Of a DNA stretch of 64,000 bases, positions 62,346 through 64,000 are shown in pieces. The notes under the pieces are model-generated. The model was not told the DNA's origin and ran no database searches. It was given only the letters and a program-made list of their open reading frames with translations. The stretch covers positions 5,757,902 to 5,821,901 of the forward strand of contig MU053652.1 in assembly GCA_013239625.1 (NCBI GenBank), read 5' to 3'. Position numbers and translations under genes: made by a program. This DNA comes from Lama guanicoe. Lineage: Eukaryota. The stretch's first letter is position 1. Each line of letters begins with the position of its first letter.

Positions 62346-62944
62346 TGGTGGGCATGCCTGGGTTCATGGGGAGAAGAACCCTGCAGGATATCCTTTTGAG
62401 AGGATAATAATGAATGAAATCTCTGTCCAACCTAAACCAGACCAAAACCCATTTTCCTAAATTATTCAGCCCTGATGATGTATACCTTTGGAGTTCATGT
62501 TTTAATTATACTACCTTACCTGCTGATGCAGTTTAATTATGTATATGGAAGAGATTTAATGACCAAGGAGACAATTATGAGATAATAGCAAAGTATAATG
62601 AGTCTACTTGGCTGTTAGAATTGGGGTCTTGAGGTCTGCACTTGATTCCTTCCTAACTGTGTGATCCTGGGGATAGTTTCCTCAACATAAACATTAGTTT
62701 ATGATGTTTAGCCTACTTATTCAATAACAGTGGGATATTATGAGGGAGAGATTAGATGTTAAAGCATGGTGAACTAGTATTTAATATGCCATTGTTATTA
62801 GTATTTTCCATTTGTTCTAAAATTGATTTTTAGTTAAGGAAAAGGTAATAGGGTTCATTTCTTTTGTGTATGGGGAGTCTCATACCTCAAGTTATTAATT
62901 GTCCTCTATTTTGATTAAAAGCTAGTCTAAAATTTATTTTAACA

Positions 62945-64000
62945 GAAGTCCTTAAACTCCTGCAGTGCAATAACAAATCCCAAATAACCCAATTTAGAAA
63001 TGGTCAAAGGTCTTAAATAGATATTTCTCCCAGGAAAACATACAAGTGGCCATTATGTATATGAAAAGGGACTCAACATGGCTAACCATCGGAGAAATGC
63101 AAATCAAGACTACAATGAGGTACCACTTCACACATGTTAGGACGGCAATTATCAAACAAACAAGCACACAAGAACAAAATATAGCAAATGTTGGCAAGGA
63201 TGTGGAGAAAATGGAACCCTTGTTAGTTGGAATGCAAAATGATACGACCATTATGGAAAATGGTAGAGGTTCCTCAAAAACATAGAAAAATGGAGCTGCC
63301 ACATAACCCAACATTCTCACTGCTGGGTATTTATACAAAAGAAATGAAATCAGGATCTCCAGGAGATACCTGCACTCCTCTATTCTTTGCAGCGTTACAA
63401 TAGCCAGGATGTGGAAACAACCCACAGGGCCATTGACATGGATAAAGAAAATATAGAATGTCCTTGAAATGGAATATTATTCAGTCTTAACAAAGAAGGA
63501 AATCCTACTGTTTGCAATAACATGTACTATAGCCTGGAGAACATTATGCTGAATAAAATAAGCCAGTCTCAGGAAGACAAATGCTGTCTGGTTTTCCTTG
63601 TATGAGGGGTCTAAAGCAGTCAAACCATTGAAGCAGAGACAATGGTGGCTGCCAAGGGCTGGGAGGAAGAGGAAGTGGGAAGTTGTTCAGTGGGTGTAAA
63701 GTTTCAGCTGTGCAAGAGGAATGAGGTCCAGAGATCTGCTCAACAAAGTAGTGCCTATAGTTAACAGCACAGTATAATGCACTTAAAATTTTAAGAGGGT
63801 AGATCTCGTGTTAAGTGTTCTTACCACACATGCACATGTGCGTGCACATGCACACACATACACACACACAAAGAGGACACAGGACACAGAGAAACTTGGA
63901 AATGATGGATATGTTTGCTATCTTGAGTGTGATGATTATATCTTAGATGTATGCATATGTCCAGACTCACCAAACTGTACACATAAAACTCATGCAGGTT
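62945..64000 (+). mobile_element. LINE-1 (L1MA/MB-like) ORF2 end and 3' UTR, running off the window
   Basis: ORF 63046-63285 contains [21 protein letters not shown]; 3' UTR aagagggtagatctcgtgttaagtgttcttaccaca. Confidence 0.92.

Noticed and set aside
1..64000. CRISPR array, operon or other prokaryotic system
   Set aside because: The sequence is mammalian repeat-rich DNA; no regularly spaced repeat-spacer array or dense coding structure

Overview
Mammalian non-coding genomic DNA, almost certainly camelid (alpaca/llama/camel), judged from three young tRNA-derived SINEs resembling the camelid Vic-1 family. I found no convincing intact protein-coding gene; the ORF track is mostly repeat-derived or chance. 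Recognisable content: a decayed processed pseudogene of ATP synthase subunit c (ATP5MC2/ATP5G2 type, ~3400-4006, minus); many LINE-1, L2, CR1/L3, MIR, MamSINE1, MaLR and DNA-transposon relics; microsatellites; and a 634-N gap flanked by a near-identical 1.7 kb duplication, most likely two uncollapsed haplotypes. Most retro-insertions are on the minus strand, suggesting a long intron of a plus-strand gene. Best leads: (1) an L1 whose 5' UTR is joined directly to mid-ORF2 at a splice-like AG junction (spliced L1, SpIRE-like); (2) a recursive-splice-site-like motif at 61811; (3) a repeat-poor, CpG-retaining block at 39.5-41.3 kb with a stable hairpin; (4) an old MaLR that appears to keep LTR-internal-LTR structure. 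Repeat families were assigned from remembered consensus motifs, not a database search, and most boundaries are approximate. I cannot support a claim of a new biological system from sequence alone.
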